Shown here: piece after piece, positions 1 to 9,909 of the stretch
Numbering within the stretch: position 1 is the stretch's first letter
How the letters are laid out: each line of letters begins with the position of its first letter
Assembly: GCA_036734085.1 (NCBI GenBank)
Contig: DAIMZF010000002.1
Span: 20,404-84,403 of the forward strand
Length of the DNA: 64,000 nucleotides
From: Aggregatilineales bacterium
Lineage (GTDB): Bacteria > Chloroflexota > Anaerolineae > Aggregatilineales > Phototrophicaceae
Reading direction: 5' to 3'
Position numbers and translations under genes: made by a program
The notes under the pieces: generated by a model
What the model was told of the DNA's origin: nothing
Database searches by the model: none
The model's input: only the letters and a program-made list of their open reading frames with translations

Positions 1-734
1 TAGGGGTTGCCCTGCTGGATGATGAGACAGCCGCGCCAACGACGGAAGCCATGACGGGTAATGAGACCACACCCACTCAGACGGAGCCTGTGCCGGCGAC
101 GGCAACCCAACCCCAAACAACCCAGACAGGCGGAGTGCAATCCAGCGCGACGAATACAACTGTGCCCACAAGCACCACGACTGCGACAGCAACGGATGAA
201 CAACAACCACCCACCCCGACCATACCGCCAACGGCGACTAATCCACCAACGGCACTTCCAAACACGGATGGGGAAGATGCTGGCATAGGCATTATCGACC
301 CTTCACAATATGGCATCAACGCAACCGTGCTGAACGAACCCGCGCTGTTGCTATACTACACGCCGGAACAAATCGTCATCTACAACCGCTCGGCAAGCTC
401 TATCTTGCAGATTGATGTCCGACGTATCAGTTTTGATAACGTCCGCACGGATTCACGCTTTACACCGGAACAATGGACGTTCAATGCTTCGCGTTGGCGG
501 ATGCGTCCGCAGTTAGATTGCTTCCAGATTATTGATAGCGATTTGCCCTTAGCAGAAAAGCCGGACTTCTGTACTTTCTTGCAGGCGTTCGAGCGTCAAC
601 GCGATAAATTTTGGGTGAGTAATACCCGCGATATCACCTTCAGCGTTTTGTGGGATGGCGTGCAAGTTGCGAACTGCCCGGTAGTCTCTACAAACGTTGA
701 TGATGAAGTGCTGTGCTTTGTGGAATTGCCTTAA
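1..734 (+). CDS. Hypothetical Thr/Pro/Gln-rich protein, 5' end probably outside the window
   Basis: The frame is open from nt 3 to the TAA at 732-734, with no in-frame stop upstream of the ATG at 51. The N-terminal ~80 aa are T/P/Q/A low complexity. The C-terminal ~140 aa is a globular region with 4 Cys. No family recognised. Confidence 0.45.
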   Translation, partial: GVALLDDETAAPTTEAMTGNETTPTQTEPVPATATQPQTTQTGGVQSSATNTTVPTSTTTATATDEQQPPTPTIPPTATNPPTALPNTDGEDAGIGIIDPSQYGINATVLNEPALLLYYTPEQIVIYNRSASSILQIDVRRISFDNVRTDSRFTPEQWTFNASRWRMRPQLDCFQIIDSDLPLAEKPDFCTFLQAFERQRDKFWVSNTRDITFSVLWDGVQVANCPVVSTNVDDEVLCFVELP

Positions 735-735
735 G

Positions 736-1989
736 CTAATCCGGCGCGGAAATTGTGGTGGTCGGGATGCTCACAGCCTCCGATGAGGTGCGTGGCGTCC
801 CGGCGATAAACAGAATAAGCATCAGCAAAAGCACAATGCCGACAATACCCATCACGAGTACGGCGGTGTTCGCCTGTTGTGATGGGGCTGTTCCGGGTGC
901 GCCCGGTGACACGCCATCGTGGGTTGTTGCATCCAGCCGGACGTTTTCCAGCATCCATTTTTGTAACAAGCCGGGACGCACACTCAAGCGTTGCGCCGCG
1001 CTCCCTGCGACGAGTTCGCGGTAATCCAGACTACGGATAGCGGCGTGAATGCTGGTTAAATCCAGCAGATAGTCCGTTTCTACCAGCCATGTCTCGATGT
1101 TGCTGGCCGTAACTGCACGCATCGGGTCGGCATAAAGCAGACTGCCGATAGCCGTCAGGATAAGACGCTCATCCAGGCTTAGTTCGTCCCACAATTCCCG
1201 GAATTGATCCTTCACCATTGGATACACCTGCGGCGTAATCCGCTTCACTTCTGCTTCCGTGATGGGGTTTTGTGTTGGCAAGTAGCCTAAAAACATGCTG
1301 ATTAAACCGGGTTGGCCGCCTGTTGCTCTAAAAATGTCCTGTGTAGCGGCAGGGTGTATATCCGGGTTATGTTGATGCAGGGCGTCGGCTGTTTCCGCTT
1401 CGTCTAAATCCCCCAAGCGTGAGAACTGACCATCATCGGTAATCGTATAAAAAAGTTCCAGGCGGTTTTCATAGGCAATACTGATAGTAAACACGACCGC
1501 GCATTGCGGATGCCTTAGCTCGTTAAGATAGCCGAAGTAGTCTTCCGCTAATGTATCGCGCATCATTGTTTGGACGAGAATTTCAGCATCATCAATCAGG
1601 AAGACCACACGCCGCGCCCGGTAAATAATGCGGAAGACCGCCGCCAGATAATTTTCTTTAAACCACTGTTTGAACGGCTCGGCGGTGGTGAAGTCCTCCG
1701 GCGGAGTGATGTTGATATTAAAGCCGTAAGCCGTGAGCGTATCGTGGGTGGCATTATAGAGCGCGGTCAACCAGTGTAGCTCATCCTGTGGTGCGATTTC
1801 TTTACACGGCAGGTAGACGCCGATATGTGTATCCGTTGGCATCCCGGCGAATTGCTGAAGAAGCGCAGTCTTACCAACACTCCGCCTGCCGATAAACGCC
1901 GGGACAGGCGTATGCACCGGGTCGCTGATGTGCTGACGGACGCGGGCAATAGCGGCATGGCGACCTGCGAAAGGCGCGTAGGGTTCCAT
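736..1989 (-). CDS. Tail-anchored P-loop NTPase (AAA_16/ATPase_2, STAND-like)
   Basis: 417-aa ORF. Walker A GRRSVGKT is preceded by an FIGR signature typical of ORC/Cdc6-like STAND NTPases. Walker B is VVFLIDDAE. There is a single C-terminal hydrophobic helix, AVLVMGIVGIVLLLMLILFIAG. Confidence 0.7.
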   Translation of the reverse strand: MEPYAPFAGRHAAIARVRQHISDPVHTPVPAFIGRRSVGKTALLQQFAGMPTDTHIGVYLPCKEIAPQDELHWLTALYNATHDTLTAYGFNINITPPEDFTTAEPFKQWFKENYLAAVFRIIYRARRVVFLIDDAEILVQTMMRDTLAEDYFGYLNELRHPQCAVVFTISIAYENRLELFYTITDDGQFSRLGDLDEAETADALHQHNPDIHPAATQDIFRATGGQPGLISMFLGYLPTQNPITEAEVKRITPQVYPMVKDQFRELWDELSLDERLILTAIGSLLYADPMRAVTASNIETWLVETDYLLDLTSIHAAIRSLDYRELVAGSAAQRLSVRPGLLQKWMLENVRLDATTHDGVSPGAPGTAPSQQANTAVLVMGIVGIVLLLMLILFIAGTPRTSSEAVSIPTTTISAPD

Positions 1990-2001
1990 GTTTGTTAGCC
2001 T

Positions 2002-3774
2002 TTAATCGTCCGCCGGTAGGCTGAGCAAGAAAGCCAGAAGCGCGTCAATATCCTCCGGCGCGACTTCCGCAACTAGCTGGTGCGCGCCCGGCAGGACGAA
2101 CACATCGCGCAGGGTGGCGGCGCGGCCATCGTGCAGGTAAGGGGCGGCAAGCCAAAGCCAGTTGAGCGTGGGTGTATTGAACTCGCCATCTGTCCCCACA
2201 TCATGCAACAGGCCATCAGTATAGGCTGTGCCCATATGACAGGTCGCACACCCTAACGTAGTAAAAATTTCTGAACCACGTGCTATAAGCTCTGTTTGTG
2301 TTGTTGACTGTGTGGTTGGGGTTGGCGGCCCTTCTAATGAGATGAGATAAGCGGCCAGCAGGTCAAGGTCTAGGGATAGGCCGCCATGCGGTTCACCCAA
2401 TGGCGGATTAGGGACACCTTCTAGTAAACCCTGACCGAACTGCAACGCCCGAATTTTTAGCTCTACATCCGCGACTTCATCCCAAGCGCCACGCCATGTA
2501 TAAGGCGCGGTTTCTTCCAGGTTGAATAAATGCGGTGTATTCAAGCGTTCGCCGTCAATGTTGCGCCACACACGCCCGTCGGAGAGACCGTCAAAGTGGC
2601 AACTGGCACAGCTTAACGTCCGTGCGCCCATTTGCGTATCCCGCGCACTGTGGAAGTATTCCGCGCCGAGTAAACGGCCAATCGGCACGCGCAAATCACT
2701 AATCGGCACGATGTCCCGCACGCGGAGCGCTCGTGTATCAATAATAGAGACTGAGCCTTCCAGGACATTATGCACGTAGAGCGAACTGTTATCCGCGCTG
2801 AGGATTACTGCACGCGGATTTGTGCCTACATGCAAATTTGTGACGGCTAACCCGGTGTTCAAGTTGATGATAGAGACATCATTTGTGCCTGCATTAGCGA
2901 CAAACGCCCAATTACGGGCGGTATCTATCGCCACTGCGAACGGCATATTGACCGGACGGTCGGCTACATCCAACGATAACCGCGAGTTGGGCAGAATATC
3001 CAGCGAACGCAGATTAAACGTGTTTAACAAGGGGGTTAACGCGGAATCATAGGTCAGCGCCGGATTGCTGGGATAACTCCGGCTTTGTGGGGCGTAGAGC
3101 GTGCCGTCGTTGCGCGTAATCAACACAGAAAACGACAGCCCCATATCAGTATCGCCGTTAGCCACGCGGACGACGCGCGTCTGCGGCAGATGAATCAAGC
3201 TGATTTCACCCGTCCACAGGTGCGTGACATACAGCATATCCTGCCCCCATAGCGTGAGTCCTGTAGGTAGGGCGGGCGTGCTGATGCGTCGCAGGATTTG
3301 CCCGGTGGTATAGTCTATTTCGATGACTTCATCAGTGGCTTGCAGGCTGATGTAAGCGAGTCTATCGCTGGTGGTCACGACGGCATACGGCAAAATGCCA
3401 ACGCTGTAAGTTGCTTCTACGCTTCGCGTGGTGATGTCGATCACCGAGAGCGTGCCATCTGCCCGGTTAACGACTAAAGCCCGGTTGTCGTCCGGTGTGA
3501 AGCTCACCCCGCGCGGGTCACTGCCGACGGGAATTTCCACGATGAGCGAACGGCCCGGCACATCCACCAATGACACAGTGTTGTTCAGCATATTGGCGGC
3601 CAGCAGAACGCGCCCGTTTGTTGTAATATCCATCGTGCCACCGATTGAAAGTGGCGCGGATGCGGGCGGCAGGACGTATAAATCGCTCTGAGCGCGGGCG
3701 ATGATCCCCCACACGGCCATGCTCATCAACGCGAGTAATATCAAAATGTGTCTGGATGACCTCACAGCTTTCAC
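2002..3774 (-). CDS. Secreted YVTN-type beta-propeller fused to a di-haem cytochrome c peroxidase/MauG-like domain
   Basis: 590-aa ORF with an N-terminal signal/anchor. Repeated propeller strand motifs are VSLVDV, LSVIDI, VIEIDY, VSIINL and VSIIDT. Two CxxCH haem-c sites (SCASCH, GCATCH) sit in the C-terminal third. The GTG start overlaps the upstream stop (GTGA at 3771-3774). Confidence 0.75.
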   Translation of the reverse strand: MKAVRSSRHILILLALMSMAVWGIIARAQSDLYVLPPASAPLSIGGTMDITTNGRVLLAANMLNNTVSLVDVPGRSLIVEIPVGSDPRGVSFTPDDNRALVVNRADGTLSVIDITTRSVEATYSVGILPYAVVTTSDRLAYISLQATDEVIEIDYTTGQILRRISTPALPTGLTLWGQDMLYVTHLWTGEISLIHLPQTRVVRVANGDTDMGLSFSVLITRNDGTLYAPQSRSYPSNPALTYDSALTPLLNTFNLRSLDILPNSRLSLDVADRPVNMPFAVAIDTARNWAFVANAGTNDVSIINLNTGLAVTNLHVGTNPRAVILSADNSSLYVHNVLEGSVSIIDTRALRVRDIVPISDLRVPIGRLLGAEYFHSARDTQMGARTLSCASCHFDGLSDGRVWRNIDGERLNTPHLFNLEETAPYTWRGAWDEVADVELKIRALQFGQGLLEGVPNPPLGEPHGGLSLDLDLLAAYLISLEGPPTPTTQSTTQTELIARGSEIFTTLGCATCHMGTAYTDGLLHDVGTDGEFNTPTLNWLWLAAPYLHDGRAATLRDVFVLPGAHQLVAEVAPEDIDALLAFLLSLPADD

Positions 3775-6700
3775 CCTTCGTCCTGTGTGTTTTGCAGGCT
3801 TAAACCGCCGTTGGCGGCCTGTTCATCAACGGAAACTAATCTATCATGGAAGATGTAAAGACGGCGCACGCCGATAGCGTCATTACCCTCTGCATCAACC
3901 CCGGCGATAATGAACGTCACCGTGACGACATCGCCGCCGCGTGCGCCCGCGCCGCCCCCGCTTACTTCCACCGGGAAGTTATTCGCCAGTACCGACGGGT
4001 CGAACTGATAGGCCGCAGACGCCGCAAAAATCTGGATCGTGTCACTTTCCATCAAATAAGACGCGGTGGTGGTCTCGTAGCGGGCGGTGGTTTGCGTCCA
4101 GCCTTCCGGCACGCTGACGTTAATGTTTAAACGTGAGCCGGGCGCGTAAGTTGTGTCTGTATCCCCATTTAACGACCACGCCAGTACAGGCGCGTCGTCC
4201 GGCATGACATAGAAGTTAAATGTATTCGTCACCGCGCCCAACACACTGCCCGTTGGTAACAGGGTAGTACGCCCGACGGAAGCGGCATTGTCTGGCGTGG
4301 TCGTGATGCGAACCTGCCAGCGCCCGCTTTGCTCCGCGATGACATCCTGCGATGGGTTGTAATAATAGCCGATGCTGTTGGTGCGTCCGGTGTAGCTGGT
4401 GGATGTACCATCTGGCGCGATTAGGGTGATGTCAACAGTGGTGGGCAGTGTCGGCGCGGCTTGCCCGGCTATTGCGATGCGCCCGCCCTGTGTGATGACC
4501 TGACCGGGACGTACCCCTGTTGGATGAAAAAAGGCGTGATAATCTCGCCCGGCGATGCTGACAAGCGGTTGTACGATACGATTCTCGATGCCCTGTAGTG
4601 CCGATGTAACACGGGCGTTTTCCGCATCGGTGATGATGGCAAGTGCGGCATAAGACGCGGTTTCGCGGATGTTGGCTTCCGCGTTTTTGACGACTGCGCC
4701 GCCGAACAGAAACACAAAATCGCCAGGACGATTGCCTGCTAACCCCGCGCCGATTTGCTGATTTAACGGATCGTTGTTATCCCAATGGAGCAGTAACCCA
4801 TCTCCACTCTGACCGAGCACATACTGCCGTATGCTGACATCTGGCCGCACGGCGCTGATATAAGCGTAGGCGCGGTTAACTAAAAAGTCCGGCAATAGCG
4901 CGGCGCCGAAGTCCTCCAGCACACCGCCCAGCACAGGCATGAGCGGTAGTTCGTCGCTGTCGGCGAGTCTGTGTATATCGACACCAAATGGTGATACATA
5001 ACCCGGAATCGCCTGTAGCAACCAGTCACGATATGCTGTCCTCGTGTCTTGCACGTTCAGCACTGGATTTAAGCCGCTTGCAGTCGTATCCGGTAGGAAG
5101 GCCACATCGCCACTAAAGTAAGGGTAGTTGGGGCGTGGCGCGACATCGGCCAGCGCTTCCAGTGGGGGGTATTGGCTGGTATCAAACCACGCGGGGCGGT
5201 AGTCATTGACAAGCCCGTTCACGCCACGCTGACCCCGTGCTACCAGTTCGCCATCCGGTGTAGCGATGATGCCCGCACTACGCAGGCTGGCCGCCCATAA
5301 ACGCCCGTCTGTGCCCATGTAGCGGACGGTATAGTCAATCAGGTATTCACCCGGCTTCTCGAAGATAAACGCGGTGTCTTGCTCCGGCGCAAAGTTGCCG
5401 AAGCGGTCGGCGGTTGTCTGTAATGTAATGTCGATTCGTTCGCCATCCAGCGCATACACACGCACACGCACGCTGACATCTGCCGGGAAGCCGGGTTCAA
5501 TCCGCCCGCCAGTGTACAGCGCATCCCCGACATTAAAGGGCGTGCCGGGCAAGACACCCGGTGTTAAATCCAGCAATTCAGCGATGGTCAAGCGATAAGT
5601 GCCGCCGCCTTGATAGCGATTCCCGCTAACGTCATCCACATTACCCGTTAGCTGGACTTCGTAATCCCCATACTCTGTAAAGGGGTAGCCCTGATACGTT
5701 GGACTGCCTGTCATCAAACGATAAGCGTCAATGGGAGGCTGTGCGCCAAAGAGATCGCGCTCGCTCAACGTTGTGCTGGAAAGCCGACTCTGTATTACGC
5801 TCACGTCTGGCAGGTCATTAATGCTACCATCCGGCGCGGTGATGGTCGCTTTTACCCTTCCACCAGGAAACAACAACGGCAGAAGTGGCGCTAAGGTTAA
5901 ATCAGAGGCATTGGGCATCAAGTTAAGCAGATAAGGCTCTAGCGGGTAATTGCCCGGCGGCAGGACGTAACTCGTACTATTGTAACGCACCCGGTTGGAT
6001 AGCGCGACATGCGCCTCGTCTACATCTGCCAGAATACCGCGTGCGCCGTCGGATGGCATATCATAGAACAGCGTCCATGTCAGCTGAGCGCGTTCCAGCC
6101 CGCCGATATTTAGTGCAAAGGGAAGGCGTGTAATAGGTTGGCGCAGGTTAATTCCGCCATCGCCAAACGCATTAGCAGACCCCCATGTGAAGACCTCACC
6201 ATCAGCGATTTGGCCGTATCCGGTGAACGTGGGCACATAGATGCCATTAGGTAAGCTGGGCGGCACATCCACCACAAAGCGTAACCCTGCCAGTAGCACA
6301 TCCCCCTGCCGGATGACCTGCTGAGAGGGCACGCGCACCGTGCCCAGCGTCATATCCCCCGTGATGTTGTCAATAGCAAGGCCGGAAGGCGTAAGCCAGT
6401 TTGACCAGCCGTTATTGGTGTGCAAGGCCGGGATGTTGCGGTCGCCGTTTACGCCGATGGTGACGGGTTGCAGGCCAATTTCCCCGATGATGCTTAATCC
6501 GGTCTGTGCGTCGGAAAGTCCCGGCACGCGCAGGATGATGTCCATATCAATTTCCAACTGTGCGCCGTCGGTCAGGGTGGTATTCCGCACGCGGCCATTG
6601 GCTGACCAATAGGATGCGCCCGCCGCTAAATCCCCTGCGATGTAAAAGCGTGTAAAGTCGCCATCCATGCGGCCACCGGGATATACAATGCCGTCTGCTT

Positions 6701-7562
6701 CATCTATGCGGTTGATGGCACGGCCAAATGTGCGGGTTCCCTGCGCTTCGTTCCGCACCCGGATGAAGGTCTGCTCCAGGCGGGCGGTCTCAAAACTATT
6801 GTTTGGCAGGCCGCTACGAGGCAGGCGCATCTCTAGCTGTGTGGATTCGTCTGTTTGTGTGGTAGCGACGGCCACTGCCACCGCGATAGGCTCACGCGCA
6901 GTGGGTTCTAATTCCCGCAGGAGCGAGGCTTGCGGCACAATGGGGTCGATAGTCAGTTCATAGGTGATGGTATCCAGGCTGAATACGATGATAAACAGTG
7001 CATTATCCGGCACATCATCTGCAAAGCCGAAGTAAAACGAATCATCATTGAGCAAGCCAAACGCCCCCGCGCCGAGACTGGCCTGTGTGTAGCTATCCCA
7101 ATCACTTAAATCACCATCAACGATGAGGCGCGTTAATCTGCTGGTGTCTGTGCGGGGTTCCGGGTTTGTCCCGTAGATGATTGTCGCCGGGCCACCCGGT
7201 AGTGCGCCCGGTAAATCTCGTAGGACAGTGGGGATGGACGCCGCCGGGCTGATGAGAAAAGGTGTTTGACCTGGCCCATAAAGTTCTGCGCTAAAGCTCC
7301 CGGTAAACCCGGCGCTGGTGTAAACCGTCTGCCCGGTGAATAGATTGCGGACACCCACCTGTGCGTTAGGGAAAATTGACCCTTGTGCGCCTGTAACGGT
7401 GACAAAGCCGCTTTCGTCGGGTGCAGATACGCTGATTAAGGCCGCGATGGGTGGGTCGCCCGGTTGGGGCTGTGTGGCGGATTGTGCTTGTGTGTCGCCA
7501 TTGGTGTGACCGATGACCATAGCAAGAAGCACAATCAGGAAAAGTGATGACAAACGATGCAC
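3771..7562 (-). CDS. Large secreted protein, function unknown
   Basis: Uninterrupted 1263-aa ORF with a signal peptide (SLFLIVLLAMVIGHTNG). No catalytic motif recognised. Translationally coupled to the downstream propeller/haem gene. Confidence 0.7.
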   Translation of the reverse strand: MHRLSSLFLIVLLAMVIGHTNGDTQAQSATQPQPGDPPIAALISVSAPDESGFVTVTGAQGSIFPNAQVGVRNLFTGQTVYTSAGFTGSFSAELYGPGQTPFLISPAASIPTVLRDLPGALPGGPATIIYGTNPEPRTDTSRLTRLIVDGDLSDWDSYTQASLGAGAFGLLNDDSFYFGFADDVPDNALFIIVFSLDTITYELTIDPIVPQASLLRELEPTAREPIAVAVAVATTQTDESTQLEMRLPRSGLPNNSFETARLEQTFIRVRNEAQGTRTFGRAINRIDEADGIVYPGGRMDGDFTRFYIAGDLAAGASYWSANGRVRNTTLTDGAQLEIDMDIILRVPGLSDAQTGLSIIGEIGLQPVTIGVNGDRNIPALHTNNGWSNWLTPSGLAIDNITGDMTLGTVRVPSQQVIRQGDVLLAGLRFVVDVPPSLPNGIYVPTFTGYGQIADGEVFTWGSANAFGDGGINLRQPITRLPFALNIGGLERAQLTWTLFYDMPSDGARGILADVDEAHVALSNRVRYNSTSYVLPPGNYPLEPYLLNLMPNASDLTLAPLLPLLFPGGRVKATITAPDGSINDLPDVSVIQSRLSSTTLSERDLFGAQPPIDAYRLMTGSPTYQGYPFTEYGDYEVQLTGNVDDVSGNRYQGGGTYRLTIAELLDLTPGVLPGTPFNVGDALYTGGRIEPGFPADVSVRVRVYALDGERIDITLQTTADRFGNFAPEQDTAFIFEKPGEYLIDYTVRYMGTDGRLWAASLRSAGIIATPDGELVARGQRGVNGLVNDYRPAWFDTSQYPPLEALADVAPRPNYPYFSGDVAFLPDTTASGLNPVLNVQDTRTAYRDWLLQAIPGYVSPFGVDIHRLADSDELPLMPVLGGVLEDFGAALLPDFLVNRAYAYISAVRPDVSIRQYVLGQSGDGLLLHWDNNDPLNQQIGAGLAGNRPGDFVFLFGGAVVKNAEANIRETASYAALAIITDAENARVTSALQGIENRIVQPLVSIAGRDYHAFFHPTGVRPGQVITQGGRIAIAGQAAPTLPTTVDITLIAPDGTSTSYTGRTNSIGYYYNPSQDVIAEQSGRWQVRITTTPDNAASVGRTTLLPTGSVLGAVTNTFNFYVMPDDAPVLAWSLNGDTDTTYAPGSRLNINVSVPEGWTQTTARYETTTASYLMESDTIQIFAASAAYQFDPSVLANNFPVEVSGGGAGARGGDVVTVTFIIAGVDAEGNDAIGVRRLYIFHDRLVSVDEQAANGGLSLQNTQDEG

Positions 7563-7644
7563 AGCGTTTTCCCTATCATGTTTATACAGGTTTCCAACAG
7601 AATCATAAACTGTTGGTGCGGATATGGCAAGCCGAGTGCCATCA

Positions 7645-8217
7645 CTACGGGTGGATTTTTAATTGATTCAGCAGGGAATCCAATAGATTTAACAGGGTTT
7701 GCGGCTCGACTTCGTTGATTAGCGTGTAATCCGCGAGGGCGATAGGCCCGCCTTTTTCCAGGTTTTCAATCTCTAAGTAGTCGCGTTGTTCCGCTTCTTG
7801 TGGCGTAAGCGGGCGTTCCGCACGTTCTGCTAAACGCTGATAGCGCAATGCACGCGGGCATGTGATGGCAATGACCACAATCGCCCCGCCAAATTCTGGC
7901 CGGAGCAACTTATATTCACTAAAGCTATATAACCCGTCAATCACGATGCTATCGTGTGTATTAAGCGCGGTCTTCAGCAATGGAAGCGCACGACGGGCGA
8001 TGGCGTCCATGCCTTCGTTTGCGCGGATTTCTTCGCGGATGATGCGCTCATTTTCGGGTGTAATCGGCCAGCCACGCCGCGTCACTTCATCGGTGATAAT
8101 CCCGCCAAAGCGGAATTGAAAGAAGCCGCGTGCTTCCAGATGTTTTGCACACAATGTTTTGCCTGCTCCCGGCATCCCGACGAGAGCCACTGCACGCGGC
8201 TGTTCGCTTCTTATCAT
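7645..8217 (-). CDS. P-loop nucleotide kinase-like protein (archaeal UPF0200/dephospho-CoA-kinase-like)
   Basis: 190-aa ORF with an N-terminal P-loop GMPGAGKT. The layout (GMDAIARRA, IVIDG, ALADYTLINE) resembles small nucleotide/dNMP kinases of the UPF0200 type, as recalled from memory. Confidence 0.55.
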   Translation of the reverse strand: MIRSEQPRAVALVGMPGAGKTLCAKHLEARGFFQFRFGGIITDEVTRRGWPITPENERIIREEIRANEGMDAIARRALPLLKTALNTHDSIVIDGLYSFSEYKLLRPEFGGAIVVIAITCPRALRYQRLAERAERPLTPQEAEQRDYLEIENLEKGGPIALADYTLINEVEPQTLLNLLDSLLNQLKIHP

Positions 8218-8343
8218 AACGTGTCGCCTTTTAACTTGAGGGGTTCGCTAAACATGGCAGATTATACCACGCGACTTTGAAACTATCTGCCATCGAATCA
8301 CGTCTTATCCATAGGATGTTTAACACAACGAGAGGATGTAACC

Positions 8344-8445
8344 ATGTTGTTAAATGTTATTGCACTGGTGATGGCGTTGCTCACACTTTTGGTCATGGGT
8401 ATCGCGCCGATATACGCTGGCTATCTTTCCAGACAAGATGACTAA
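8344..8445 (+). CDS. Possible 33-aa single-TM micropeptide
   Basis: ATG preceded by GAGAGGA. Translation is MLLNVIALVMALLTLLVMGIAPIYAGYLSRQDD. It lies in an otherwise empty intergenic gap and is below the ORF-track cutoff. No other support. Confidence 0.25.
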   Translation: MLLNVIALVMALLTLLVMGIAPIYAGYLSRQDD

Positions 8446-8534
8446 CCTGATTTATTCCCCCGACGCCGCGTGAAAATGCGGCGTTTTGTCAGGTCATGCG
8501 CTACAATGAACCTAAAAACCGTGAGGGTTCGCCC

Positions 8535-9884
8535 ATGACCTATAAAAACCTAACAGACGGTATCGATCTTATCCGTGCCGGGCATCATCAGGAAGGTGCG
8601 CGTTTTTTACGCATCGCCCTCAAAGAACCGGATGACATCACACCTGTAGACCTTGCGAAAGGCTGGGTTTGGCTGGCAGAAACAATGCAGGATGTGCAGG
8701 GGAAGCTCAGATGTTACCGTGAGGCACTAAAACTAGACCCAACCAATACATCCATTCAACGCCGTATCCAAAAATACAGCGAACAGATTGTGCCATCCAT
8801 GCCACCGGAGCAGGCCGCGCCCGCTACACCCCCGCCACCGGATTCCGTGCCGCAAGCCACAACACCCAGCCGCGCCGCCCCGATGCAACCGCCGCCCCCC
8901 GCAGAACCAACACCGCCGCAGGCTCCGCCAGTGAGCGCGTCTGCAACTGCACCCGCCGCCACGCAAGCAACGCCAGTGGATTACAATAACTTTAATGCGC
9001 CTGCTCCGGCGCAACCGTCACAGCCCGTATCACAATCGCCAAAGTCCGGGCGGCAAGCCCCGCCGATGGGCACGCCCCCGCCGCCATCCCAGCAACGCCC
9101 CCCCATCCGGCAGACCGCCTCTCTGCACCGCACAGTGGCGATTTTAGGCGGGCCGAATGGCAAAGGCACGGGTTTTTTTATCACGCGGGATGGGCTGATT
9201 GCGACTTCGCGCCATGTCGTTGGCGGGAGCTTGAACATCACGTATGAGCTAAACGGCGGTAGCCGCGCAACGGGGCAGGTCGTCCGCTCGTGGGCGGTTT
9301 ATGATTTAGCCCTCATCTACACCGGGCTAAAGCTACAACAACTTATCCCGCCTTCCAGTTCGCCCATCGTGCCGGATAACACACCGCTTACAGCTATCAC
9401 ACACGGCGGACGAGTGCTGAATGGGCATCGCCGCGCCACGTTAACTGAATTCCATGAGGATTGGTTTCCGACCACGATTGACACACTGGAAGATGCAGGC
9501 GGAAACCCGGTTTTTAACGAGCAAAATCTGCTGATTGGCATGTTGACTGCCAATGCGAACCGGTCTGCGCCGTATGTGTTTGGCCTGCAAATCAGCTTTA
9601 TTTTGGGCTTAGTAGACCAATACACACGGGAGATGCACGGTGGCGGCACGAACATGATGTATTGTGGCGCGTGTGGCAACCTTAGCCGTGCGGTGCAGTA
9701 TGGCGGCTTTTATTGCGAATACTGCGGCACAGTGTTGCCGCACAGCGTCAATGCGGAGCGCTTCCCTATGCCGCAAATGGCCATGCTATACGAGGAGACC
9801 ATGAGCCGCGCTTGCGTCGGTTGTGGTTCTACCGCAGGGTATCACAAAGGAAAATGCCTGCGTTGTGGGCATCTTGTCAGATAG
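8535..9884 (+). CDS. TPR / Pro-rich linker / trypsin-fold (Ser-less) / double zinc-ribbon protein
   Basis: Start moved to ATG 8535, which has a GAGGG SD 8 nt upstream. The N-terminus is TPR-like and is followed by a ~130-aa Pro/Ala-rich linker. The S1-type core has TGFFITRDGLIATSRHVV (His) and YDLALI (Asp), but DAGGNPVF where GNSGGP is expected. The C-terminus has CGACG...CEYCG and CVGCG...CLRCG. Confidence 0.65.
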   Translation: MTYKNLTDGIDLIRAGHHQEGARFLRIALKEPDDITPVDLAKGWVWLAETMQDVQGKLRCYREALKLDPTNTSIQRRIQKYSEQIVPSMPPEQAAPATPPPPDSVPQATTPSRAAPMQPPPPAEPTPPQAPPVSASATAPAATQATPVDYNNFNAPAPAQPSQPVSQSPKSGRQAPPMGTPPPPSQQRPPIRQTASLHRTVAILGGPNGKGTGFFITRDGLIATSRHVVGGSLNITYELNGGSRATGQVVRSWAVYDLALIYTGLKLQQLIPPSSSPIVPDNTPLTAITHGGRVLNGHRRATLTEFHEDWFPTTIDTLEDAGGNPVFNEQNLLIGMLTANANRSAPYVFGLQISFILGLVDQYTREMHGGGTNMMYCGACGNLSRAVQYGGFYCEYCGTVLPHSVNAERFPMPQMAMLYEETMSRACVGCGSTAGYHKGKCLRCGHLVR

Positions 9885-9909
9885 GCTGTATCAAACATAA
9901 GGAGTCGTT

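Noticed and set aside
8733-9241. Several 68-93-aa minus-strand ORFs opposite the Pro-rich linker of the TPR/trypsin-fold gene.
   Set aside because: They are an artefact of CCN/GCN-rich coding sequence, which reads as Gly/Arg/Cys-rich on the reverse strand. They have no start context.
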